From Pseudomonadota bacterium (GTDB lineage: Bacteria; Pseudomonadota; Alphaproteobacteria; UBA8366), in NCBI GenBank assembly GCA_036337155.1, contig JAYZET010000010.1, positions 85,630-149,629 of the forward strand: 64,000 nt of DNA. Direction: 5' to 3'. How positions within the stretch are numbered: the stretch's first letter is position 1; each line of letters begins with the position of its first letter. A program made the translations under genes and the position numbers. A model generated the notes under the pieces. It searched no databases. It had not been told where the DNA came from and saw only the letters and a program-made list of their open reading frames with translations. Positions 54,556 to 63,544 of this stretch are shown here, piece after piece.

Positions 54556-55317
54556 CTAGAATGGGAAAAGGATATCGTAGACTTGATGGCCGTAGCGTGG
54601 CGTCTGCACGTCGGTCAGGATGCCGCGTCCACCATAAGCTAGGCGGGCTTCTGCGATCTGTTCGAAGTTGATTGTATTGCTAGTCGTGATGTCCTGTGGC
54701 CGTACGATACCTGTAATGGAGAGTTCGCGGACCTCCGCGTTGACACGGGTTTCCTGACGGCCCTCGATCACGAGATTGCCGTTTCCTAGTACTTGAGTGA
54801 CGAGTGCCGCGACCTTGGTTGTAATTTTTTCTGTTCTGTCTATTTGGCCATCGCCCGCGACCGAAGAATTGCTAGTGGCACTGGTCAACGCAGATACATT
54901 AATTGATTCTGGGAAGATTGCGTCCAGGGCCGCTTCGTAGCCAAGGAAACTAGGTAGCGTCGCGCCTTCGCTATTTGTTCTAGTTCTTGAGATTTTGTTG
55001 TCAAAATCGACAGTATCGGCAACTGACACGGTAACTGTAACGATGTCTCCGACCTGGTTGGCTCGTAGGTCTTTGAAGAAGGCACGGGAGCCGGCCCGCC
55101 ACAGAGAGTTGGGTGAACGTTCGGCTCTTACTGGAGCCGGCATCGGCATCGTTATCGGACGATACCCAGCGCGATGCGTAGGATTTTGAACCCGTGTTAG
55201 TTTTGGTTCTTCGCCGACCTGGGAGAGACGTTCCAAAGTATTACATCCACTGACAATTACGAGCGTGAGACCGCACGCTGCCAGTTTTTTGATAAAATGA
55301 AAGTCTCGATTGATCAT
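54556..55317 (-). CDS. flgH: flagellar L-ring lipoprotein FlgH
   Basis: 253 aa with lipobox LVIVSGC and conserved motifs LFKDLRANQVGDIVTV and GNLVIEG. Confidence 0.9.
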   Translation of the reverse strand: MINRDFHFIKKLAACGLTLVIVSGCNTLERLSQVGEEPKLTRVQNPTHRAGYRPITMPMPAPVRAERSPNSLWRAGSRAFFKDLRANQVGDIVTVTVSVADTVDFDNKISRTRTNSEGATLPSFLGYEAALDAIFPESINVSALTSATSNSSVAGDGQIDRTEKITTKVAALVTQVLGNGNLVIEGRQETRVNAEVRELSITGIVRPQDITTSNTINFEQIAEARLAYGGRGILTDVQTPRYGHQVYDILFPF

Positions 55318-56307
55318 TTATTGCTCCTGCCTCAATGCTAGGCGGTTGAGGGGTTTGACAGTGACAGTGCTTGAATTCATTACCTTTCCGTCGATAATCT
55401 TGTGGGTCATTGCGTTGCGGATACGAATGACATCGCCTTGAGAGCCGGCTTGAAGTGCCCTGCCTTGAGCTGTCAAAACCATCTGTTCTGTCCTAAAAAC
55501 CATCGTGACGATAGACCCCTTTGGTACTAACACCGGGGCGCGAATATCGTCCCGCTTCACTGGCCGGTCGGCCGAAAGCGTGCGAAGCGGGCTCATGCCG
55601 ACAAGATCTTCTACATCCTGAAGCGCATTCCTATCGATCCGATCAGCGCGGAAGGTGACCAATCGAATGTCCGAGCGGTCGATCACATCATTGCTCCGCA
55701 TTCGTCGAACAAAAACAGGAATTTCAACGATTCGATGATAGCGTCCAGTAGCGGTTATCTGTGAACCGCGAGACTTGCCTTCTCCGCCCAATAGCAAGGC
55801 TGAAAATCGACGGCTTCTCTGATCAAGCATAAGACGCCGAATTTGGACTGAAGGCATCGCCTCGCCAGGCAAGTGCATCTGCAGGACTTGGTTGTCAAGT
55901 TCGATTTCGAAGTTTTTGTTTTTACCAATTTGGTGCCTAACAGCTTTACCAATAGCCTCTCGGATTTGTTCGGTGGAAATACGGATTATCGAACGTTCGA
56001 GGACGACTTGATCGAGTTTACTGAATGGCTTCCAGTCGACCCCATAAGCTCTAGCAGCTCGATAAAGCCATTGGGCGTTTAAGACTAACTTTTTGCCCGG
56101 CGCCGGTGGTTGTAATACGATACGATCCGAATGTTTTCCAGCATCGCTGAAAATGTCGCTGAGGCGAACAACGTGGTCTCGGATAACGACGTGGTGTCGA
56201 AGACTGGCAGACGAGGCGTCTGCGGCGGTGAAAGCTAAAGCTGTTGTGACAACGGCGTTCCTCAATATACTCGAAGCTTGGAAGTGGCAGGAAAAAGTCA
56301 TCGCCAA
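55318..56307 (-). CDS. flgA: P-ring assembly chaperone FlgA (long form)
   Basis: 329 aa with a signal peptide and a C-terminal SAF/FlgA pattern (KGSIVTMVFRTEQMVLTAQGRALQAGSQGDVIRIRN). It abuts flgG and flgH with no gaps. Confidence 0.75.
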   Translation of the reverse strand: MAMTFSCHFQASSILRNAVVTTALAFTAADASSASLRHHVVIRDHVVRLSDIFSDAGKHSDRIVLQPPAPGKKLVLNAQWLYRAARAYGVDWKPFSKLDQVVLERSIIRISTEQIREAIGKAVRHQIGKNKNFEIELDNQVLQMHLPGEAMPSVQIRRLMLDQRSRRFSALLLGGEGKSRGSQITATGRYHRIVEIPVFVRRMRSNDVIDRSDIRLVTFRADRIDRNALQDVEDLVGMSPLRTLSADRPVKRDDIRAPVLVPKGSIVTMVFRTEQMVLTAQGRALQAGSQGDVIRIRNAMTHKIIDGKVMNSSTVTVKPLNRLALRQEQ

Positions 56308-57093
56308 TTACCTAACGTTCGACATCGTGGCCATCATCTGATCGGATGTCTCGATGACCTTCGAGTTCATTTCGTAGGCTCGTTGCGCCGTGATAAGATT
56401 GGTTATCTCCTCAACCACATTGACATTGGAGGTTTCAAGGAAACCCTGTTGTGTCCGGCCAAAGCCGTCTGAATCTGGAGTACCCGTTGTGGCGGCACCC
56501 GAAGCTGGTGTTTCTAAGTAGAGATTATCTCCAACAGCAAGTAAGCCGGCTTCATTCGAAAAACTGGCCAATTCGAATTGGCCAATGTTCTGGGGGGCAA
56601 CCTGACCATCAAGTTGTACAAGAACCTCACCACTTGAGTTGACAGTGACGTCGATTGCTCCGTCAGGTACCGTTAAGCCTGGTAAAACTTTGAACCCATC
56701 GACAGTGACAATTTCGCCATTTTGGCTCAGTTGGAATGCACCGGATCGTGTGTAAGCCGTTTCACCGTCGGCAAGCTCGATCTGGAAATAACCCTCTCCG
56801 TTAATGGCAAGGTCCAAAGTATTCTCAGTGAGCGTCAAATTACCTTGTTGTGCAATCCGATACACTGCGGCGGTTTTTACACCGAGGCCGATTTGCACGC
56901 CGGCAGGGACGATAGTACCAGCGTCTGAAGAATCTGATCCGACCCTTCGTTGGTTTTGGTACAATAGGTCCTGAAACTCTACACGCCGCCGCTGAAAGGC
57001 TGTAGTATTCATATTAGCAATGTTGTGGGAGATAACTTCGACGTTTAGCTGCTGGGCCAGCATCCCAGTCGCACCGATGTTAAGCGCTCTCAT
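56308..57093 (-). CDS. flgG: flagellar distal rod protein FlgG
   Basis: 261 aa. MRALNIGATGMLAQQLNVEVISHNIANMNTTAFQ and C-terminal VNVVEEITNLITAQRAYE. Confidence 0.9.
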   Translation of the reverse strand: MRALNIGATGMLAQQLNVEVISHNIANMNTTAFQRRRVEFQDLLYQNQRRVGSDSSDAGTIVPAGVQIGLGVKTAAVYRIAQQGNLTLTENTLDLAINGEGYFQIELADGETAYTRSGAFQLSQNGEIVTVDGFKVLPGLTVPDGAIDVTVNSSGEVLVQLDGQVAPQNIGQFELASFSNEAGLLAVGDNLYLETPASGAATTGTPDSDGFGRTQQGFLETSNVNVVEEITNLITAQRAYEMNSKVIETSDQMMATMSNVR

Positions 57094-57104
57094 GATATTC
57101 TCCT

Positions 57105-57845
57105 TTACGACGCCGGCGAAGGACGGGCCAGACGATTGATCATTTTCATGACCCGCTCGTGTTCTTGTTTGAGGCTCCGATCAAGGGTGTTATTCGATCG
57201 GTGTACCCGGATCATTTCGGTGAATTGCTCGATTGCATTCACATTTGATTGTTCCAGCATGCCCTGCACGATTTTGGGTTTTTTAACTTCTTGCTGCTCT
57301 AAATCTTCTGCTGCGATGTAAAGATTATTTGCGGAACGTTTTAGTTCTTGCTCGTCATCAAATGCAACAAGGCCAATTTTGGCGATAATGCCGTTTTCCG
57401 TCGAAACAGTGCCGTCCGGGTTGATTTCAACCTTGCTGTTAATGGGAATTTTAATGGGGTTACCTCCAGCATCCAGGAGTAGGTCACCTTGATGTGTTGA
57501 AATTTGATTTTCAGCATCGAGTTGGAAACGTCCATGGCGCGTATAGCGTTCGCCAAGAGGCGTTTCGATTTTGAAATATCCATCGCCTGATATGCCTAAA
57601 TCTAGGGGGTTATCAGTTTTGAGTAATGGCCCTTCTGTAGTGTCCCGCTTTGTTCCAAGATCAAGTGAGAAAGAAATTTTTTCAGCGTTGTGATTTTTGC
57701 TTTCGTTTATAAGGTGCTTGATGAAAATTAATTTTTCAGATTTGAAAGCGGGCGTATCCACGTTTGCCATGTTGTTGGCAACAATTTCCATTTGTCTTCG
57801 TAATGCGAGTTGACGATTAAGCGCGACGTAGGTTGTGTTTTCCAT
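57105..57845 (-). CDS. flgF: flagellar proximal rod protein FlgF
   Basis: 246 aa. The rod N-terminal motif (MEIVANNMANVDTPAFK) and its position upstream of flgG support the call. Confidence 0.85.
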   Translation of the reverse strand: MENTTYVALNRQLALRRQMEIVANNMANVDTPAFKSEKLIFIKHLINESKNHNAEKISFSLDLGTKRDTTEGPLLKTDNPLDLGISGDGYFKIETPLGERYTRHGRFQLDAENQISTHQGDLLLDAGGNPIKIPINSKVEINPDGTVSTENGIIAKIGLVAFDDEQELKRSANNLYIAAEDLEQQEVKKPKIVQGMLEQSNVNAIEQFTEMIRVHRSNNTLDRSLKQEHERVMKMINRLARPSPAS

Positions 57846-57893
57846 ATTCCGGTCTCATCCTTCCAAATTGAAACTCCTCCAAATAATTAGGTC

Positions 57894-57909
57894 AGCAGGA
57901 TACGTGCCA
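57894..57909 (-). promoter_or_regulatory. sigma-54 promoter of flgF-flgG-flgA-flgH
   Basis: The minus strand reads TGGCAC-GTATC-CTGCT. It lies about 39 nt upstream of the flgF ATG, measured from the predicted start site. Confidence 0.6.
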
Positions 57910-57985
57910 AAAAATTTTTCTTTTATTATCAGATATTTAAATATTAATGAGCTCGGCTGATAAATTTATATATCCGGCTTTGCCG

Positions 57986-57998
57986 GGTAGATGATGCC
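57986..57998. promoter_or_regulatory. near-dyad GGTAGATGATGCC (one mismatch) within a CCGGC/GCCGG-rich patch (57974..58004)
   Basis: Its centre is 83 bp upstream of the flgF promoter. The neighbours CCGGCTTTGCCGG and TGCCGGCAA carry related half-sites. Confidence 0.3.
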
Positions 57999-58155
57999 GG
58001 CAATAGGGAAATTTCGTCGTATCTGTCGATATTTATAGAGACTTAATGTTTTGCATTTTTTGATCTTGTTAATTATTGTGTTGCAAGTATTTGTGATGTG
58101 TTTGTATTAAAGAAACAAAGTCATGGTCTAAATTTAGTATTATAGAGACATAGTA

Positions 58156-58668
58156 ATGGCTGACGATTTCGACGATGATGGATTAGATGACGGTGAAGAA
58201 GCCGAGGCGGGTGGAGGTTTAAAGAAACTTCTGCTTTTTGTTGGTGCTCCTGTAATTCTTCTTATTGTAGGTGTTGTGGTCGCGTATTTTTTGGGTGTTT
58301 TCGATTCTTTGTTTGGCTCCGCTCCGGAGGAATCGGTAGTTGAGGAACAACAGGTTGATTCACCTGGACATTTCTTTGAGTTAGAGGAGATGCTTGTGAG
58401 CATGGGGCAAGCAGGTCGGAGGTCGAGCTTTCTTAAGTTGCGTATCAGCCTTGAATTGGAAAAAAAGGAAGATGAACAACGCATCATAGCAGTGATGCCT
58501 CGTATTATCGATAATTTCCAGATGTTCCTTCGTGGGTTGCGGATTGAGGAGTTACAAGGCTCACACGGCTTGTATAGGATAAAAGAAGAACTTCTTGTTC
58601 GCGTCAACGCAGCTGCAAACCCTGTTAAGATCAAAGATGTCCTCTTTAAGGAAATGTTGGTACAGTAG
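58156..58668 (+). CDS. fliL: flagellar basal-body-associated protein FliL
   Basis: 170 aa with an acidic N-terminus and a single TM segment. FliL core motifs: FFELEEMLVSM, FLKLRISLEL and IKDVLFKEMLVQ. Confidence 0.85.
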   Translation: MADDFDDDGLDDGEEAEAGGGLKKLLLFVGAPVILLIVGVVVAYFLGVFDSLFGSAPEESVVEEQQVDSPGHFFELEEMLVSMGQAGRRSSFLKLRISLELEKKEDEQRIIAVMPRIIDNFQMFLRGLRIEELQGSHGLYRIKEELLVRVNAAANPVKIKDVLFKEMLVQ

Positions 58669-58709
58669 GTTTATGGTAAGGTTGGTGAAACTACTCATCG
58701 GGTATCGTC

Positions 58710-59834
58710 ATGATTATGGATGACGAAGATGAAAATATAGCGGACGATTGGGCGGCAGCGCTCGAGGATTCTGAGGATTCCGAAGGTGGCGACGGGGGAG
58801 AAATCGATGCCCTTGCCGACGAATGGGCGGCTATGTCATCGGACGGCAACGAAGATGATTTTTCCGACAGCTCCCGTGTCCTGAATCAATCCGAAATCGA
58901 CAATCTACTTGGTTTCCAGGAAGGAGATGAAGCCGAATCCGATAAATCTGGTATCGAGGCAATCATTGATAGCGGTATGGTGTCGTACGAACGCCTACCG
59001 ATGTTGGAGGTCGTTTTTGACCGCCTCGTTCGTATGATGTCGACATCACTGCGAAATTTTACCTCAGACAATGTCGAGGTGAGCCTTGATAACATTACGT
59101 CGATCCGATTTGGGGATTATCTGAATTCGATACCGCTGCCGGCGATGTTGACTGTGTTCAAGGTCGAGGAGTGGGATAATTTCGGACTTATTACGGTCGA
59201 TAGCTCATTGATTTACTCGATTGTGGACGTGCTTCTTGGAGGTCGGCGCGGCACTTCGGCGATGCGAATTGAAGGGCGTCCCTACACCACCATTGAACGG
59301 AACCTCGTAGAAAGAATGATTAATGTGGTTTTGACCGATATGTGTGGCGCTTTCGATCCCTTGGCGTCGGTGTCATTTCGGTTTGATCGCCTTGAAACAA
59401 ATCCACGATTTGCAACGATTGCTCGTCCGGCGAACGCCGCAATCGTTGCGCGTTTGCGTATTGATATGGAGGATCGCGGCGGCCGGCTGGAGTTACTTTT
59501 GCCGTATGCGACGCTTGAGCCTGTCCGTGAACTCTTACTGCAGATGTTTATGGGTGAAAAATTTGGGCGCGATTCTATTTGGGAGAATCACCTGGCTACC
59601 GAGCTCTGGTCCACAGATGTTGAACTTGATGCCGTGCTCGACGAAGTGACTGTTCCGCTTCATGATGTGTTAAATTGGAAAGTGGGAACTCGCCTCGATC
59701 TTCAGGTAACACCTGAGACAACCGTCGACCTCAGGTGCGGTGAAAGTTCGATGTTCCGAGGTAAGATGGGACAAAGAAGCGGAAATATAGCCGTTCGTAT
59801 AGATCAGAAATTGGACCGACCTCAAGTGACCTAG
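58710..59834 (+). CDS. fliM: flagellar motor switch protein FliM
   Basis: 374 aa. It has the CheY-P-binding peptide LNQSEIDNLLGF after an acidic 55-aa extension, followed by the FliM middle and SpoA-like C-terminal domains. Confidence 0.9.
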   Translation: MIMDDEDENIADDWAAALEDSEDSEGGDGGEIDALADEWAAMSSDGNEDDFSDSSRVLNQSEIDNLLGFQEGDEAESDKSGIEAIIDSGMVSYERLPMLEVVFDRLVRMMSTSLRNFTSDNVEVSLDNITSIRFGDYLNSIPLPAMLTVFKVEEWDNFGLITVDSSLIYSIVDVLLGGRRGTSAMRIEGRPYTTIERNLVERMINVVLTDMCGAFDPLASVSFRFDRLETNPRFATIARPANAAIVARLRIDMEDRGGRLELLLPYATLEPVRELLLQMFMGEKFGRDSIWENHLATELWSTDVELDAVLDEVTVPLHDVLNWKVGTRLDLQVTPETTVDLRCGESSMFRGKMGQRSGNIAVRIDQKLDRPQVT

Positions 59835-59847
59835 GCGAGGTGCCTTT

Positions 59848-60333
59848 ATGCTCTTTCCCCAGTTAACGTTTGTGCTAGAGATCATTGGAGCGACATTGTT
59901 GGCGGTGATGATCGTGTATGCGGTTCGATTGAACCGACGCCTTTCGACCTTACAGGATGACAAGGCTGAGTTCGAACGATTACTCTTGAATTTTACGGAA
60001 TCGACCTCGAGGGCTGAAACCAGTGTTGCTCGTTTGAAAGCCAGCGCCACTGATACGGCCCAATCCTTGCAGGACAGTGTTACGCGGGCACAAGCATTGC
60101 GCGATGAACTTGCTTTCATGGTCGACAGGGCGGACGAGCTCGCAAATCGGTTGGAAGGTGCAATCAGAGAGGCCCGCCCCGAAACAGCGCTGCGAGCTGG
60201 CGCCAATCAAGGCGCGGCGAGCGGTGAAAAAGTAACTGTAGAAGCGGCTCGAACCGAGCCGGCTACGAAGGAAGAGAAAGGGCAGCGAAAAACCAAGTCG
60301 GATTTGCTCAAAGCCCTTGAAGGAATGCGATAG
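59848..60333 (+). CDS. membrane-anchored coiled-coil protein of the fliLM operon (unknown function)
   Basis: 161 aa with one N-terminal TM segment (FVLEIIGATLLAVMIVYAV) followed by a helical region. It is tightly packed between fliM and the MotE-like gene. Confidence 0.5.
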   Translation: MLFPQLTFVLEIIGATLLAVMIVYAVRLNRRLSTLQDDKAEFERLLLNFTESTSRAETSVARLKASATDTAQSLQDSVTRAQALRDELAFMVDRADELANRLEGAIREARPETALRAGANQGAASGEKVTVEAARTEPATKEEKGQRKTKSDLLKALEGMR

Positions 60334-60336
60334 AAC

Positions 60337-61056
60337 ATGGCGGCGCGCGTTAGAATTTTACCTTTGATGATAATTGTGTTGGTTTTGCTATTTTCGGTGA
60401 AACTGGGAAATATTTGGCAAGGCGCTTCGACAATCAATTTCGGCTATGGAATCGATGTGCAGCCCGCGTTGGCTCAGCAGTCTGATGATGTAGAGAAGAC
60501 GACGGAAAAAAATAAAACGCCATCAGCTGAAGCACCATCGTCTAAAGCTGCTCCGCCGCCAGGGTCAGTCCCGCTACAGGAGACTGACGCAGAAACACCA
60601 ATGATCAAGGACCCAAACCGATTTAGCGAAAGAGAGGTTCAATTACTGCAGGAATTGGCCGAGCGCCGGAATGTTCTCGATGCGCGTGAGCGTCAATTGG
60701 ATGAACGCGAAGCGTTGCTTAGCGCCGCCGAGCAAAAATTAGAAGAAAAGCAAACGAAATTGAACTCGACTAAGGATGATTTAAAAGAATTACTTAAAGA
60801 AAAGAGCGAACAAGAAAAGGCAAAGATCAAACGGCTTGTTGCGATTTACGAAAACATGAAACCAAATGATGCAGCTAATATATTTAACGAATTAGAAATG
60901 CCAGTTCTCTTGCAGGTTATAAAAAATATGAAAGAACGAAAAGTAGCTCCTGTTATTGCATCGATGAGTGCGGAAAAAGCCCGTGAATTAACCAAAAAAA
61001 TTGCCAATCAACGCAAGATTACAGCAATCCACGTACCGTTAAATTTGCCAAAATGA
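60337..61056 (+). CDS. MotE/FlbB-like protein (MgtE-N-like C-terminal repeat)
   Basis: 239 aa with an N-terminal signal/anchor, a coiled coil, and YENMKPNDAANIFNELEMPVLLQVIKNMKERKVAPVIASMSAEKARELT. Family assignment is tentative. Confidence 0.5.
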   Translation: MAARVRILPLMIIVLVLLFSVKLGNIWQGASTINFGYGIDVQPALAQQSDDVEKTTEKNKTPSAEAPSSKAAPPPGSVPLQETDAETPMIKDPNRFSEREVQLLQELAERRNVLDARERQLDEREALLSAAEQKLEEKQTKLNSTKDDLKELLKEKSEQEKAKIKRLVAIYENMKPNDAANIFNELEMPVLLQVIKNMKERKVAPVIASMSAEKARELTKKIANQRKITAIHVPLNLPK

Positions 61057-62107
61057 ATCTGATATTATGGCATTAAATCGACGTCAAGCTATTTTCAAAT
61101 GAGTGTATTAGTTTACTCCTTTATTCTAAATGGCAATTCTCATTGTGGATGATTAATAGCACGATTAGATAACTATCAGGAATTCTCCCAAGCGTTGTGG
61201 GTTTGAAAATTGTGAAAAATTAGATTGATGGTGGCGAGGCCTCAACAATTCAAAGCAAATTTAGTCTGAGCTTGTATTATCTAGTTGAATTTGAAATTTG
61301 CCGGAAATCTAATTTTTATGAAGACCGTTCTTGTGGGTCGCAACTTTGAAAGTATGCATTTCATTAGGATGATCCAAAAAAAATGCTGAGATCATTGCAG
61401 TCTCTCAGTAAAAAAGAAATATTAAGAAATAATTCGAAATACATAAGTGCTCGTTAATATTTATATCCGGTATTTTTTTATGTACTACGAAGTGTTTATT
61501 TGATAAACTTAATTATTTTTTAAATAAAATAGATGTTTGGAGAGCAAGTAATTGGTCTTGATCAATCTGTTTCTCGCTGAAATCTCAGGTATTGCAGAAT
61601 ACGTTATGATCAGTCTGTAAGGTGGTATCTTTGGCGTCGATATACGTGTATTCAGAAAAATAGAAGTGCTGAACGAGGGTACGAGATCATCACGAATCAA
61701 ATACGGGCGCTAAAAACATAGTAGACGCGCAACGCACTTATTATAGTGCCGGCAGACGAACTACATATCGCTGTATTAGCCACGGAAATAGCGAGCAAAT
61801 CCACCTGGGGTTTGTAGAGGAAGAATACCCGTCATCTGTCAAATGTAGCAAATATAGCAAAGGTGCAGCGGAACAACGATGCCGTGGCTTTAGAGTTTTG
61901 AGACATCGATGGGTAGTGACATCAAAAGTGTCATGTTCAGGGTGTACGTAATTAACCCGATGGTGGTGGGAGAGTTGTCGAACTTGAGTAATGATATAGT
62001 GAGAGACTAGAAGATGGATCAGAATTTCGGGGTAGTAGATGTGGAAATATCTATAAAGAAAAATTCGCTGTAAGATCTGTGTGACTAGGAAGAGGTGGTT
62101 CCCCACA

Positions 62108-62833
62108 ATGTTAAATACAAAGTTCACATCAATTATAAATAAACAAAATGAAGATTCTGGATCGAAGGATATAATAGAAAAAAATAAATCTAGTGGTTAT
62201 TTTTTAGTATTAAGTGTATTTCTTTTATTACTTGCCTTCTTTATAATTCTGAATGTAATTTCTACACGAACTGAGGTAAAATCTCAGGCAGTTATGAATT
62301 CTATACTTTCCACGTTTCGTACAACTGAAAAGAACGACCATTTAGCAAAGGCGCTGGTGTCGCGCCTGAGTGTGTCCCCTCAACCCGAAGAGCTTGTAGG
62401 TGAGATGCGCCGGCTTTGGTTAACAGCAGTTCCCGTTACCAAGTTAGAGGTTTTCGCCAATGGCCGGGCAATGCATTTACGTCTGCCAGCAAGTTCAATT
62501 TTCCCGGGGGGTAGATCAATACTGCGTAAGGATCGCATGGGATTGCTCGACAATCTAGCCCAATTACTTGCGTTGGAAGCGCAGGGATTCAGCAATGAAT
62601 TGGAATTGCTTATCGGAACTGACTGGCGCCTCGGTGAAAAACTAGATTTGCGTGAGAATAATTTGGAAATTGCGAGAGCTCTCGAGTTCGTCGGTGTGCT
62701 TATCAAGAACGGGGCTCCTCGCGACACAATTTCGATCGGCATTCGCGAAGGTGATGAAAGTGAGTTAGCATTTCGCTTCTTCGTGCGCAGCAAGGCAGGC
62801 GGACGAGTTGAATTTCAACAGTTTCCGGAGTAG
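62108..62833 (+). CDS. degenerate MotB-like protein (no channel Asp, degenerate OmpA-like domain)
   Basis: I prefer the ATG at 62108 (GAGGTGG upstream). Its TM segment GYFLVLSVFLLLLAFFIILN parallels the MotB segment WLVTFADVIALLLAFFVMLF but lacks the Asp. In the C-terminal region IGTD replaces GHTD and NLEIARAL replaces N..LS..RA. Confidence 0.5.
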   Translation: MLNTKFTSIINKQNEDSGSKDIIEKNKSSGYFLVLSVFLLLLAFFIILNVISTRTEVKSQAVMNSILSTFRTTEKNDHLAKALVSRLSVSPQPEELVGEMRRLWLTAVPVTKLEVFANGRAMHLRLPASSIFPGGRSILRKDRMGLLDNLAQLLALEAQGFSNELELLIGTDWRLGEKLDLRENNLEIARALEFVGVLIKNGAPRDTISIGIREGDESELAFRFFVRSKAGGRVEFQQFPE

Positions 62834-62836
62834 CCG

Positions 62837-63544
62837 ATGCTTAGCCAAGAAGATCATCAGGAATCGGCGTTACCAAAAAACATTTGGTTGGTAACCTTTG
62901 CCGACGTGATCGCCTTGTTACTTGCATTTTTTGTGATGCTATTTTCGATGAACAGTATAAAGACAGAGCCTTGGAAGGCCATTACAAGTCAAAATTCATC
63001 CTCTGACTTGAGAAAGAAACAAGATAAACCTCCAGAGCAAGCGGCAAAGACGATCACAACTGTTAAACTCAACGAAGGATTATCTTTACAATATTTGGCT
63101 AATGTTTTGGAGGAGCATTTGTCTGAAGATAGGTTGTTAAAAGCCGCAGTTGTACATCGGCTCGATGGACTGGTCGTCGTATCGTTACCAAGCGACGCAA
63201 TGTTTGGTGTTGGCTCTGTCGAGTTGACAGATGGAGCGCAAGAGGCGGTATTTCGGATGGGCGGTATAATTGCGACTATCAAAAACCATATCGATGTACG
63301 TGGACATACAGACCCGTCATCGAATTCTGACGTTCAACTTAATTCGAAGTGGCTAGTTTCACTCGCCCGTGCGGCGGCAGTAGCTAACGAACTGAAGCGC
63401 ACCGGTTATGGGCGTCAAATCCCGATCTTTGGCCTCGCGGATACTCGTTATGTTCATTTAGACGGACGAATACCCAAAGCTGAGCGTCTCGCATTATCGA
63501 GGCGTGTCGACGTTTTTATTCATCCGCATTCCGGAGAAATCTGA
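62837..63544 (+). CDS. motB: flagellar stator protein MotB
   Basis: 235 aa. IWLVTFADVIALLLAFFVMLF carries the conserved Asp. The C-terminal OmpA-like domain has VRGHTD, LSLARAAAV and SRRVDVFI. Confidence 0.8.
   Translation: MLSQEDHQESALPKNIWLVTFADVIALLLAFFVMLFSMNSIKTEPWKAITSQNSSSDLRKKQDKPPEQAAKTITTVKLNEGLSLQYLANVLEEHLSEDRLLKAAVVHRLDGLVVVSLPSDAMFGVGSVELTDGAQEAVFRMGGIIATIKNHIDVRGHTDPSSNSDVQLNSKWLVSLARAAAVANELKRTGYGRQIPIFGLADTRYVHLDGRIPKAERLALSRRVDVFIHPHSGEI

Noticed and set aside
61509-62127. Track ORFs 61509..61700 (63 aa) and 61741..62127 (128 aa) in the AT-rich gap
   Set aside because: Their composition is odd (His/Tyr/Ile/Leu-rich, no SD, no family resemblance). The second overlaps the better-supported MotB-like gene start. 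They are probably chance ORFs in AT-rich DNA.
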